In this document: one piece after another, positions 50,167 to 62,436 of the stretch
How positions within the stretch are numbered: the first letter of the stretch is position 1
How the letters are laid out: the number at the start of each line of letters is the position of its first letter
From: Centroscyllium fabricii
Taxonomy: Eukaryota
Assembly: GCA_051313645.2 (NCBI GenBank)
Contig: JBNRSN020000008.1
Coordinates: 236,964,001 to 237,028,000, forward strand
Length of the DNA stretch: 64,000 bases
Direction of reading: 5' to 3'
Program-made: the position numbers and the translations under genes
The notes under the pieces: model-generated
Seen by the model: the letters and a program-made list of their open reading frames with translations, nothing else
What the model was told of the DNA's origin: nothing
The model's database searches: none

Positions 50167-52212
50167 TGTAGGATTCACAAAGTTTCCTGCTTTTCCCAGC
50201 CCTTGTAAAGAAAACTTGCAGTAAAATGGACACATTTTTAAATGGACAAAATGGAGTCTGGGATCACATGACCACAGCTAATAACTAGTCATTTCTCCCC
50301 AGCAACAGAGCTAGGTGCAGCTTGTTTTTTCAATCGTGAATGTACTCACAGCTGCAGACAAGAGCATTGAATATGCATGGGAGGCCGGCTAAAACAAAAG
50401 ACACTTAATGGGATAACGATCAGCATTTATTTTGGGCAAAACATCAAAACAAGTCACTTCTATTCAACCACAGACATACCAGTGTTCAGGTACAGAGCAC
50501 ACAAAGCCAGGCCATAGATAAGGCCATTAGTAGGAAATCGACCATTTTAAAGTCGTTTTACATTAAGCACCAACTTTTGTTACACAGTAGCCCACCAAAA
50601 ATTAAACAAAAGACAGACGTGATTTGGCGCCAAGATAAGGGCACTGCTCAAAGAATATAACACAGGAATGAAGTCAAAAAGCAAGAATGAACGCCTGAGA
50701 CGCAGGTGGGCAACCGAAGAAGGTTGATGCTCCGGTCCGTGCGCAGGCACGAACCCCGGTCCATGCTGTAGTCCGCACTTTTCCCTGGCCATCGCTCATG
50801 CCATACCACGAGGGCGGGACCCAACTGGGGCCAGGTACTAAGCGGGAACAGTGAAAACACCTCAGTATGGACCGGAGCAAGAGTAGGCCTTGCCTAAGAA
50901 ACGGGAGTGACGGATTTGTCGCTCCAAACTGGTTTCGGACCACGAGAATTTTAAAGTCAATAAGCCGGCTTCTGGGTTGACCTTCGAATAAACGGGCCCT
51001 CAGCATTCATTCACCAGAAGAAGTTCCATCAGTTTGGAAGAAGAAGAAGGTCCATCACCTCAGCAGCTGTGAGACCACGAGGCGTCCAGCCCTGATGGGG
51101 CTGTCACACCTTGACGTTTTAGCCAGCGTATGCAAATTTGGCGAAAACGCTGGTACACGTCGAATACGTTATGGGTAAGTTTTGTATACGTTAAGAGCAC
51201 GCTGGCATACGCTGGCATACGCTGGCATACGTCGTTGTACTTCGAGTAAGTCGAGAAATTTTGAGCATGCACAAAATTTCTCGACGTACCCAGCGTATGA
51301 CTCACACGTCCTCATACGCTGGCCATAAGTTGTAGGCATGTTAGGCACGTTAGGCGATCGTTGACACACGTCGACACACGTTACTTGTAAGTTAGTCATA
51401 AGTCAAAATACGTCGAGATAATGTCTAGCCACGTGATCGTCGGCGAAACGCTGCCGCGCGCTATGCATAAGTTAGACTATCGTTGGGCATAACTTGTGAA
51501 CGCCGACAACACGCTAAGCATTCGTTGGTATAAGTTATCTGTAACTTATCGAAACGTTCTGTGTACGTTACTAATACGTATGCATACGTCCAACTCGTTA
51601 TGAATACGCTATTATACGCCCAAAAACTGAAAAAAAACACAGCGAACGCCAGCGTTTTAGATAAATTTGCATACGTCGGCATGCGCTAGCTAATTCGTCA
51701 AGGTGTGACAGGGCCTTGAGGGACGAGAAGTTGCGTGGCACGTACGCACTGCAGCCCTGCTGACCACGTGAGGACAGAACGCCTGAAAGACCAGAGCCAA
51801 GACTCAAAACCTTGTTTATATTAATCCCAGGTTGGTGAGCATGAATTCTGACCCTTGGTAGTTGACCTAAGATAGGTATAGGTATAGCGGGGGTGGGAGT
51901 TAAGGTTAAGGGATTGCTAAAACTGTTATTTATATCCCTCGATGTGTCGTGCACTTCCCAAACATGTACCAATGTATAACAATTGAATTGTTTTTACCTT
52001 TGGTGTGCTATTACTAATTTTCATCTCAATAAAACCTTTAAGTTTGTTTGACTCACTCAAGTCGTTTGTCTACCTGTGTTCTTGCACCATCAGTGGTCTG
52101 GCAATAAGCCCAGTGTCCAGAATCAGGAGGGGGAGTGGGAGCGCTTCAAAACCGCTTACGGGCAGGTACGGGCCAAACCGACCTCTCACACCACCCACCC
52201 AAATCCCCTACA
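50167..52212 (+). repeat. 3' LTR (with a MITE insertion), preceded by PPT CAGGGGGGAC
   Basis: Direct repeat of 34602-36502. Confidence 0.92.
51096..51716. mobile_element. PIF/Harbinger-like MITE in the 3' LTR
   Basis: TIR core CTGTCACACCTTGACG / CGTCAAGGTGTGACAG; 3-bp TSD TGA; empty site CCCTGAGGG in the 5' LTR. Confidence 0.9.
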
Positions 52213-53129
52213 TGGCCATGGTTAACTCTAGGTTACCCAGTATTCTCATAGCAACCCTGCTAGATTTTCAGTCTCCAGCTCCACTGATACCAAAACATCT
52301 CGGAATGTAGTGGACAAAAACAGCTTCAGTGCAGCTGGATTTCAGAGAAGATAAGGTTGATAAACAGGCCATCACTACCTTGGTTTCAAACCCTTTATCT
52401 CTCTTTGGAATGTTCACTCAACCTTAGAAGCTAGCATTGTTTATCACAGTAAGCTTTTCCCGAGAAAGTAATGAAAAGTCTGGTAGGAATCACAGTACGA
52501 GGGAGGGAACAGATAAGCCTACAGCCTTTTGCACAGACATGGAGTCTGAGATGATCTTATTCACAAGATAAGATGGACCCAGTGTCTGAAAACATAGATG
52601 TTATGTTAAATGTCCACGAACACCTCAAGGTGGTTCCCAATATTGAGTGACTAACCATGCCAACCAATAAGGTGGCAATGGTAGTGACGCTGTTTGTACG
52701 GGCCCACCCACCTTTGTAACCCAAGGGGGTGCCTATCGAAAGGTATATCTATGTTTGTATGCTGTATTTTCTTTGAGAGGATAGGTCCAAGTCTGATGAG
52801 GCTGACCTCTCTTTCCCTTGCGCACAGATCTTTCAGGATATTTGTAATAAACTTTTACTTTATATTCAATTCCGTCTCCATCTAGAGTTTCTCTTAAATT
52901 CGAATCTAACAGTCTGCTTTAGGAACGGGCACTAATGTTTTATGAAGGCATGCGGATTTCTTTCAGTGGCTAACTACTTTATTTCCGCAGTAGTCTACTA
53001 ATAGCCAGATTGAGAGGCTGGCTGCGGGCAGGTAGGCTTGCAGCCACATGGAGGGTTTGTGTGAGGGCTGGGCCATTAAATGGATCGGGGACGGTGGGGG
53101 GGCGGCGGGAGGGAGTGGCGAGGACCAAG

Positions 53130-54240
53130 GGTTGGGGACCGGAGAAAGGATTAGGGAGAAGTGGGGGCAGGAGGACCGGGGGTTCGGAGGGAAGGATCGG
53201 GAGAGGTGGGAGAATGATGACGGGAGCCAGGGGAAGGATCGGGGGCAAGTGGGGGCAGGAGGACCGGGGGCCAGGGCAAGGATCGAGGGAGGTGGGGGAA
53301 CGAGGACCAGGGGAAGGATCGAGGGAGGTGGGGGAATGAGGACAGGGGGTCAGGGGAAGGATCGGGGGAGGTGGGGGAACTAGGACCAGGGGAAGGATCG
53401 GGGGAGGTGGGGGAACGAGGACCAGGGGAACGATCGAGGGAGGTGGGGGAACGAGGACTGGGGGTCAGGGGCAGGATCGGGGGCAAGTGGGGGAATGAGG
53501 ACCAGTGGAAGGATCGAGGGAGGTGGGGGAACGAGGACCAGGGGAAGGATCGAGGGAGGTGGGGGAATGAGGACCAGGGGAAGGATCGAGGGAGGTGGGG
53601 GATCGAGGACCAGGAGCCAGGGGAAGGATCGGCGGGGAAGTGGGGGAATGAGGACTGGGGGCCATGGGAAGGATCGGGGGGAAGGGGGGAATGAGGACCG
53701 GGGGCCAGGGGAAGGATTGGGGGCAAGTGGGGGCAGGAGGACCGGGGCCAGGGCAAGGATCGGGGGAGGTGGGGGAACGAGGACCAGGGGAAGGATCAAG
53801 GGAGGTGGGGGAACGAGGACAGGGGGTCAGGGGAAGGATCGGGGGAGGTGGAGGAACTAGGACCAGGGGAAGGATCGGGGGAGGTGGGGGAATGAGGACC
53901 GGCGGCCAGGGGAAGGATCGGGGGGAATGAGGACCGGGGGCCAGGGGAAGGATTGGGGGGAAGGGGTGTAATGAAGACCGGGGGCCAGGGGAAGGATCGG
54001 GGGAAGTGGGGGAATGAGGTCCGGGGGCCAGGGGAAGGATTGGGGGGAAGGGGAGGGATCAGGAGGAAGTGGGAGAATGAGGACCAGGGGAAGGATTGGG
54101 GACCAGGGGAATGTTCGGGGGCCAGGGGAAGGATTGGGGGGAGTGGGGATCAGGAACCGGGGGAAGGATCATTGGGAGATGGGGTATTGGGGGCCAGGAG
54201 AAGGATTGGGGATCTATGCCAGGGGAAGGATCGGGGTGGG
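53130..54240 (+). repeat. G-rich minisatellite, ~35-bp unit like GGGGAAGGATCGGGGGAGGTGGGGGAACGAGGACCA
   Basis: Degenerate tandem units read directly. Confidence 0.9.
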
Positions 54241-54254
54241 GTTGGACAGAGATC

Positions 54255-54630
54255 GGCTTGCCTTTTCTGCAGCCTGGCAGAGTCCGTTTTCCATGTGTAC
54301 ATAGTGTGAGAGGTTGCAGCCCCAATTGCATTATTTGAAGGGGCTGCTCCTCAACTTTTGGCTGCACTTCAGTCCCACGCTCCTGATCTTCCGTGACCCG
54401 GTGGGTAGGGTACGGGCAAGTCGGGGGACCTCCTCGTAGGACTGCTCCTGGACCTGACCAAAGTGACCATTAACTAGTCCAGGCAGCGGGCAGACAAGGG
54501 GGTCGTTCGGCCCGACTACCTGCCTCTCTTCCATGGCCACGTTCGTGCCCGGGTGGCCCTGGAGATGGAGCACGCGGTGTCCACCGGCACACTCGAGGCC
54601 TTCCATGACCAGTGGGCATCGGCGGGACCA
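54255..54630 (+). mobile_element. L1/Tx1-clade LINE C-terminal fragment
   Basis: Remnant CAFC...ESVFHVY..C.RL zinc finger and LPLFHGHVRARVALEMEHAVSTGTLEAF..QWA. Confidence 0.6.
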
Positions 54631-54870
54631 TGATCAGATCACCCCTTAACCTTCTAAATTCTAGGCAATACAACCCTAATTAGTGTAATCTCTCCTCGTA
54701 ACTTAACCTTTGAAGTCCGGGTATCATTCTGGTAAACCTATGCTGCATTCCCTCCAAGGCCAATATCTCCTTCCGAAGCTGTGGTGCCCAGAACTGCTCC
54801 CAGTGCTCCAGGTGTGGTCTAACCAGGGCTTTGTACAGCTGTTGCATAACTTCTACCCCCTTGTATTCTA

Positions 54871-54990
54871 TAATGCGGAGGTGCCGGTGTTGGACTGGGG
54901 TGGACAAATGCAAAAAGTCACACAACACCAGGTTTAAAGTCCAACGTTTTATTTTAAATCACAAGCTTTCGGAGCTTTTGCCCCTTCGTC
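54871..54990 (-). mobile_element. Penelope-type 3' terminal fragment truncated inside the hammerhead
   Basis: TSD ATTCTA; same family as 9430, 21217 and 62915. Confidence 0.7.
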
Positions 54991-55951
54991 ATTCTAGTCC
55001 TCTAAATAGAAAGGCCAGTGTTCCATTAGCCTTTTTGATTATTTTCTGTACCTGTTCATGACATTTTAAGTGGAGGACCTCAAATTTGCTTACATTGAAA
55101 TCCATTTGCCACAGTTTTGCCCATTCACTTAATCTATCAATATCCCTTTGTAATTTTATACAGTCATCTACTCTGCCTGCAATGTTGCCTATCTTTGTCT
55201 TATCGGCAAATTTGGATATTTGAGTTTTTATGCCATTAATGTTAAGTCGTTTATAAATATTGTGAATAGTTGAGGCCCCAACACAGATCCCTGCGGGACA
55301 ACAACAGTCACATCCTGCCAATTAGAGCACCTGCCCATTATCCCAACTGCCCGTCTCCTGCCGCTCAGCAAATTTCCTCACCGGGACAATAATTTTCCCT
55401 CAACTCCATGGGCTTCTAGTTTAGTTAATAGTCTCTTATGTTGGACTTTATCAAATGCCTTCTGGAAGTTCATATAAATAACATCCTGTCCACTACTTTA
55501 GTCACCTCTTCAACAAATTCAATCCGGTTTGTCAGGCATGACCGACCTTTCACAAATCCATGCTGGCTCTCTCTGATCAACTGAAAATTTTTGAGGTGTT
55601 CAGTCACCCTATCCTTAATTATAGATGATGCCTAATCAATAACTTCAAAAGACTAGAAGTTGAGGAGTGAACTATAGGCTTTTATTAACTAAGACATGAG
55701 CATGCCCATGCTAGTCGACTGATCCCAGAATGATTGGGGGAGGGAGACAGTCACCTTTATACCTGGGTCCGAGGAGGAGGAGCCGCAGGCGGGGTCAGCA
55801 CAGGCATGCCCGGACAAGCTACACATGAAAGGCTATGTACATTACAGCAGGTCACACACAATGCATATGGTTACATACATATATATACAGTGGTTTACCA
55901 CATTCACCCCTTGCTTAAAACAAAGTCCGGCGGGGTAATTTAGGGCAACCA

Positions 55952-58900
55952 TCAGAGGTTCAGTCTCTCGGGCGGTTTGGTCTGCCTTGTAGATCGACGT
56001 ACAGTTGGCGGTGGAGTCGGCGGCGGTGCTTGTTCCGACGCGGGGTCCCTTACGATTACGGTCACTGGTGCGCTCTCCCATTCGTCGTCCGGCCGGCGGG
56101 TGCATAGCGACAGAATTGGGGGCCATACCGTGCTGCTTGCAGGTGCTGGGTGGACGTACCGTGGTGCTGGTGCCTCGAGGGTGGCGGTGGGGGGGAGGGG
56201 TGCAGGCTGGCGGGTCATGGTGGTCTCGGGGGCACCCGAGGGTGCCAGGTCCTTGATGGACACCGTGTCCCAACGCCCGTCAGGGTACGCCACGTAGGCG
56301 TACTGGGGGTTGGCGTGGAGGAGACGGACCCGTTCGACCAGGGGGCCCCTCACGTGCTTCCGGAGCAGGACGGGTCCTGGGGACGATAGCCATGACGGCA
56401 GCGAGGTCCCTGAAGCCGACTTCCTGGGGAAGGCAAAAAGTCGTTCGTGAGAGGTGGCATTAGTGGCCGTACAGAGAAGTGACCTAATGGAGTGGAGCGC
56501 TTCGGGGAGGACGTCCTGCCAGCGGGAGACTGGGAGGCCCTTAGACCGCAGGGCTAAGGAGGTCATGTCCGGGCAGGGGATAGCGAAGGGGAAACGTGAG
56601 TACTCATCAATAACATTGAGGAAGTACACGTTGCGGTTAGAGGAGGGGAGGGGCCCTTTAAAGTCGATGCTGAGTCGCTCAAAGGGGTGGGTGGCCTTTA
56701 TCAGGTGTGCCCGGTCCGGCCGAAAGAAGTGCGGCTTGCACTCTGCACAGACCCGGCAGTTCTTGGTCATGGTCCTGACCTCCTCGATGGAGTAAGGGAG
56801 GTTGCGGGACTTAATGACGTGAACAAATCTGGTGACCCCCAGGTGACAGAGGACGTTGTGCAGGGTCTGGAGGCGGTCTACTTGTGCGCTGGCACATGTA
56901 CCATGGGATAGGGCATCTGAGGGCTCATTGAGTTTCCCGGGTCGGTACAAGATATCATAATTGAAGGCGGAGAGTTCGATTCTCCACCTCAATATCTTGT
57001 CATTCTTGATTTTGCCCCGCTGCTTGTTGTTGAACATAAACGCGACTGAGCGTTGGTCAGTCAGCAGGGTAAATCGTTTACCGGCCAGGTAGTGCCTCCA
57101 GTGTCGCACTGCTTCCACAATGGCCTGGGCCTCCTTCTCAACGGAAGAGTGTTGGGTTTCGGGGCCCTGGAGGTTGCGCGAGAAGAAGGCCACGGGTCTG
57201 CCCGCCTGGTTAAGGGTGGCGGCCAGGGCGAAGTCGGACGCATCGCTCTCCACCTGGAACGGGATGGATTCGTCCACTGCGTGCATCGCGGCCTTTGCGA
57301 TGTCCTGTTTGATGCCGCTGAAGGCCATGCAGGCCTCTGCCGACAGGGGAAAAGAGGTCGATTTAATGAGTGGGCGGGCCTTGTCCGCGTAGTTGGGGAC
57401 CCATTGGGCATAATAGGAAAAGAAGCCCAGGCACCTTTTCAGGGCCTTGAGGCAGTGGGGGAAGGGAAGCTCCAGGAGGGGCGCATGCGGTCCGGGTCGG
57501 GACCGATGACCCCATTCTCCACAACACAGCCGAGGATGGCGAGGCCGGATGTCCTGAATACACATTTGTCTGTGTTATAGGTCAGGTTCAGGGTTTTGGC
57601 AGTGTGGAGAAATTTCTGGAGGTTGGTGTTGTGGTCCTGCTGATCGTGGCCGCAGATGGTGACATTAGCCAGATACGGGAAAGTGGCCCGCAGTCCGTAC
57701 TGATCCACCATTCAGTCCATCTCCCGTTGGAAGACCGAGACCCCGTTATTGACACCAAATGGAACCCGAAGGAAGTGATAGAGGCGGCCGTCTGCCTCGA
57801 AGGCAATATAGTGGCGGTCCTCTGGGCGGATGGGGAGCTGGTGATACGCAGATTTTAAATCGATGGTCGAAAAGACCCGATACTGCGCGATCTGGTTCAC
57901 CATGTCCGCTATGCGGGGGAGGGGATACGCGTCTAACTGCGTAAACCGATTAATGGTCTGACTGTAGTCGATGACCATTCGGTGCTTGGCTTTGGTCTTT
58001 ACAACCACTACCTGGGCTCTCCAGGGGCTATTACTAGCCTCGATGACCCCTTCCCTCAGAAGCTGTTTCACCTCCGACTTGATAAAGTCTCTGTCCTCGG
58101 TACTGTAGCGCCTACTCTTGGTGGCGACGGGCTTGCAGCCCAGGGTGAGGTTGGCGAAGAGTGAGGGAGGGGCGACCTTAAGGGGCGAGAGGCCACAGGT
58201 AGTGCGCTGTGGGCACTGTGTGGGGCGCTGGTTGCTGACCGTGAGCGGGGGAAGGGGCCCACCGTATCCCATTGTCACGCTCTGGAGATGGCATTGGAAA
58301 TCAAGGCCCAGCAGCAGAGGAGCGCAGAGCTGCGGCAGCACGAATAGCTTAAAATGTTCGAAGTTTACACCCCGCACTGTCAGGGTCACTACGCAGCGAC
58401 CGCAGACGTCCGCTGATTCGGACCTCGAAGCCATTGACATTTTTTGGCTTGCCGGTGTTACTGTTAGGGAGAAGCGCTTTACCGTGTCTGGATGCACAAA
58501 GCTCGCCGTACTCCCGCTGTCGAAAAGGCAGTCCGTAGTGCGGCCATTCACCTGCACCGACATCATCGATTTGTTGAGCGGCTGTCTCTTGTCTTGGTCG
58601 AGGGTAATTGAGGCCAGAGTCGGGTCCGTCGGGTCGGTGGAGGGGTCTGGGGCCTGGTCCCAAGATGGCGGCTCCCGCTGCCCCCACGCGGCGGGCTGTG
58701 TTGAAGATGGCTGCGTCCAAGATGGCGCGGGCTCCCACGCGGCGGGCTGTGTCCAAGATGGCACTGCCGGCTGTGTCCAAGATGGCGGCACACACGGGCC
58801 ACATGCGGCGTTGCCGGGTTTGGGGGTCGATTGCGCTGCCGCTCTGCATACCTTAGCGTCGTGGCCCTTCTTCCCGCACTTGAAGCAGGTCGCGTCCCTT

Positions 58901-59589
58901 GCCGGGCAATTCCGTCTGGGGTGCTGGGCCTGGCCGCAGAAATAGCATTTCGGGCCTTGCGAGGTTATCGCCGCGGTCAGCTCGTCCACGGGTTGCGATG
59001 CAGCTGGCTGTGTCCAAGATGGCGGCATCCGCGATGTGCCCGCATGGTCAGGGTTGTAGGCGGCCATATTATGGGACGCCAGGTCCAGCGAGCTCGCAAG
59101 CTGTACCGTCTCCTGCAGGTCCAGGCCATCCTTCTCCAACAGTCTCTGCCTGATATAGTCTGACCTGAGGCCGGCGACGTAGGTGTCTCTGATGAGGGTC
59201 TCAGCGTGCACGGCGGCCGACTGTGCTTTACAATCGCAGGCCCGGCAGAGGACTCTCAGCGCTCGCAGGAACTCCACGCTCGATTCCCCGGGTTGCTGCT
59301 TTTGGGTGGCCAGGAGGTGTCTGGCATAGACCACGTTAGGTGCCCGGGTATATTCGCTCTTCAGGGTTCTGACCGCCTCGTTGTAGGACGTAGCGTCCGC
59401 GATGATCGAGTACACCTGAGGGCCCACCCGGGCGTTGAGGAGGCGCAGTTTGTCCCTGTCCGTCCGGACGATCGCTGCGGAGGCTTCGAGGTACGCCTCA
59501 AAGCAAGAGAACCAGTGTGTAAAAGTGTTAGGGGCACCTGGCGCTTGGGGATCTAGTTCTAACGTCGCGGGTTTCAGCATTAGCTCCAT
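55952..59589 (-). pseudogene. Gypsy B gag-pol (stop at 57712, frameshift ~57480, integrase core deletion)
   Basis: ORFs 57712-59589, 57439-57711 and 55952-57565; CCHC knuckles, DSGS protease, RT, RNase H, integrase. Confidence 0.92.
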
Positions 59590-59607
59590 GATGAAAACTT
59601 AGTTATT

Positions 59608-60459
59608 GGGCCCTGTTTTCCTGTGGTCCGTTTGCCGTGGGTGCGCGCTCCTGTGCACCCGCGGCGCACGCGCACGTAATTTTTTTATTTTTTTTTACGT
59701 CAATTTCCTATTAAAAAAAACGTCTTCGGGTGCTGCGTAGGGGTTTGGCTTTTGTTGGTGCGTGACCAGCCACGCCCCCACAGATCCCTAATTTAAATAA
59801 GAAACGCCCCCCAGATCCCTAATTTAAATGACGAGATCCCGAGTCGGACCTTAGTGAGAGCAGGGAAGTGCGGAGCGGCAGCAACAGACTCGCGGGGAGC
59901 AGCGCGGGGGCACAGCAGCAGCTCAGAGGAAGAAACGGATGGTAAGTCAACCATTTTTTCCTCTTAGATTTTTTAATTTTTTTAATTAGCTAGAGAGTTA
60001 AAAATTGCAGAAATTTAACTTTAAAAATTAGCGATTTGAAACAGGTAAATTAACTTAAAATCGGATTTGTTAAATTTTTTTAAAAACTTTAACTTAAAAA
60101 TTTAACGCTACCGATCTGGCCACACTACTCCCCAAAACTGTAAAAAATTAAAATTAAAGTTAAAAAATTAACTTACCTGCTTCAAAAACTAAATATTCTC
60201 CCTCTTACTCCTGGTTTTTTCGTGGGCAGCTTGTGAGCCAGTTGCACACGGAATCACTCTCTAAAAATCACCCGTTCTGACAGGAAATCGTCAGTGCAAG
60301 GTCAGTGCAAGGTCTTCCTGCGTTGGGTGCTGAAGGGCCTTGCCCATCAGCACAGGAAATTCCCGTTCGTGGGAATCCCCCGTGTTGCACCCCCACGAGG
60401 CATTTCTGACCCCCCTTCGTGGGGGTGCAGCTCCTCTGGAGCACAAGAAAACAGGGCCC
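59608..60459. mobile_element. MITE (GGGCCCTGTTTTC TIRs, ATT/AAT flanks; PIF/Harbinger-superfamily-like) inserted in the Gypsy B PBS
   Basis: GGGCCCTGTTTTCCTGTG ... CACAAGAAAACAGGGCCC. Confidence 0.8.
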
Positions 60460-61108
60460 AATAAAATTGATGCCGAATCAATAACTTCAAAAGACTAGAA
60501 GTTGAGGAGTAAACTATAGGCTTTTATTAACTAAGACATGAGCATGCCCATGCTAGTCGACTGATCCCAGAATGATTGGGGGAGGGAGACAGTCACCTTT
60601 TATACCTGGGTCCGAGGAGGAGGAGTCGCAGGCGGGGTCAGCACGGGCATGCCTGGACAAGCTACACATGAAAGGCTATGTACATTACAGCAGGTCACAC
60701 ACAATGCATATGGTTACATACATATATATACAGTGGTTTACCACAATAGACTCGAGCAATTTCCTGACAACAGATGTTAGGCTAACTGATCTATAATTCC
60801 CTGGTTTCCCTCTCTCGCCATTCTTAAAAAGTGGAGTGACATGTGCAATTTTCCAATCTAAATGGATGTTTCCTGAATCTAGAGAACTTTGGAAGATTAT
60901 TGTTAGGGCATCTGCAATGTGCTCACCTACTTCCTTTAAAACCCTGGTATGGAAACCATCTGGCTCTGGGGATTTGTTACTCTTTAGTGCCATTATTTTC
61001 TTTATTCCTGTTATTTTACCTACGTTCATTTTATTCAATCTCTGTCCCTGATTCAGTATTAGTTTCTTTGGGGTTTTCAGCATGCTATCGTCTTCTTCTA
61101 CTGTAAAT

Positions 61109-61849
61109 CGGCCCCGGTTCCGGCCACATCGGCCGCCATGGAGGAAACCTCCTCCTCGAAGCAAAGTTAAATCAGCTGCCATCCGTCCATGAGGAACGCC
61201 GGGAGGAGCCCGGCGTGGACGGTAGGATGAGGGAAGCTAGTCGGGAGCGAGCAGGGGAATGGGGATCCCAGAGGACTCGGGGAGCCGGTAAGGCGCTGGG
61301 CCGAGGGCTAGGCCTCAGGCCTCCGGGCGCTGCTCCCAGAGCTCGGCGGACTTGGGTGTAGCCGCGAGGCAAGTGACCAGGGCCTTCGAACGCGCCCCCC
61401 GGAGCCCAGGTTCCGAGAGGTTTCGGGTGAGAGCCCGAGAGGCAGGTCACAGGCCTCCAGGCGCTTCGGAGCTCAGCGGACTCGGAGGGAGCCGGCATGG
61501 CGGACTAAGGGGCAGCCCAGGGTCTTCGAATGCTGCACCCGGAGCCCAGGTCTTTCGAGAGGATGCAGGGGAGTGAGTGAAACAACAGAAGAAGGTCGGT
61601 GAGTGAAAGAGCAGAAAGGACTTTAAGAACCTTAAGAACTTTAAGAACTTTGCGTGCAGAGAGGTCGGAGCGGTGCGAGAATGGGACTTGTGATTAATGG
61701 CGCTGGCGAGGTGGCTGCCGTCTCACGGGCTCCGGGCGTATCGGGCAGCTTAGTGTTCTTTATTGCACAGTGTGTTCGAACCATGAAAAAAAGCATTTCA
61801 CTGTCAAGATTACACTTGTTGTATGTGACAAATAAAATTGGAATTGGAA
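61109..61849 (+). mobile_element. Non-autonomous GC-rich element with a Rex1-like tail
   Basis: TSD TAAAT; 3' TGTATGTGACAAATAAAA(TTGGAA)n. Confidence 0.6.
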
Positions 61850-62219
61850 TAAATACTGACACAAAGTAATTATTAAACAAATCCGCCATTTCCCCATCAC
61901 CAATATCAGTTTTTAAGTGGCGAACATTGCTCCTGACCATGATCTTTTTCCTAATGTAGCTATAAAAATTCTTTGCATTGATTTTGATATCGCTTGCAAG
62001 TTTCTTTTCAAACTCCCTTTTTGTAGCTCTTATTATCTGTTTTGTGACCCTTTGCTGTTCTTTGTATCTTTCCCATTTGCCAGGATCTGTGCTAATTATT
62101 GCATTTTTGAATGCCCTTTCCTTTAGTTTTATGGTGTCCCTTATCTCTTTAGTCGTCCATGGCTGGTTTTTTTGGCAAGTAGAGCTCCTGCCCCTCAGGG
62201 GTATAAATTGGTTCTGTAT

Positions 62220-62436
62220 TGATGTAATAAATGAGTCTTATACATCAATAACTCTAAAGTAAAGTTTTAATCCACTATATTGTCACTATTTACAAAGGTG
62301 GGTTTTACCATGCTTCCAGATGAAGCATCCACCCAATACTGAGCAGTTCCAGTATTTATACTATCTGGGCACAGGAAGTGACATGTACAGAGTTCACCAT
62401 TCAACCTTCCCCGGAAGTTTGTTCAATATCACCACA
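62220..62436 (-). mobile_element. Solo LTR, Gypsy A/B type
   Basis: TGATG...ACCACA ends like the Gypsy B LTR; TSD TGTAT/TGAAT; interrupts CR1. Confidence 0.7.

Larger units (their letters stand above)
34602..52212 (+). mobile_element. env-bearing retrovirus-like LTR element lacking protease/RT (lokiretrovirus-like by inference)
   Basis: Paired LTRs TGTAGG...TACA, 4-bp TSD TGGC (34598-34601 and 52213-52216), PBS, PPT, gag, integrase and env remnants. Confidence 0.9.
55626..60745 (-). mobile_element. Gypsy LTR retrotransposon B
   Basis: LTRs 55626-55902 and 60468-60745 (about 5 substitutions plus 1 indel), TSD ATAGA, PPT AAGGGGTGAA. Confidence 0.95.

Noticed and set aside
52599-52911. Possible solo LTR (TG...AATAAA...CA)
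   Set aside because: No matching target-site duplication found
53010-54367. Many Gly/Arg- or Pro-rich ORFs
   Set aside because: Artefacts of the G-rich minisatellite
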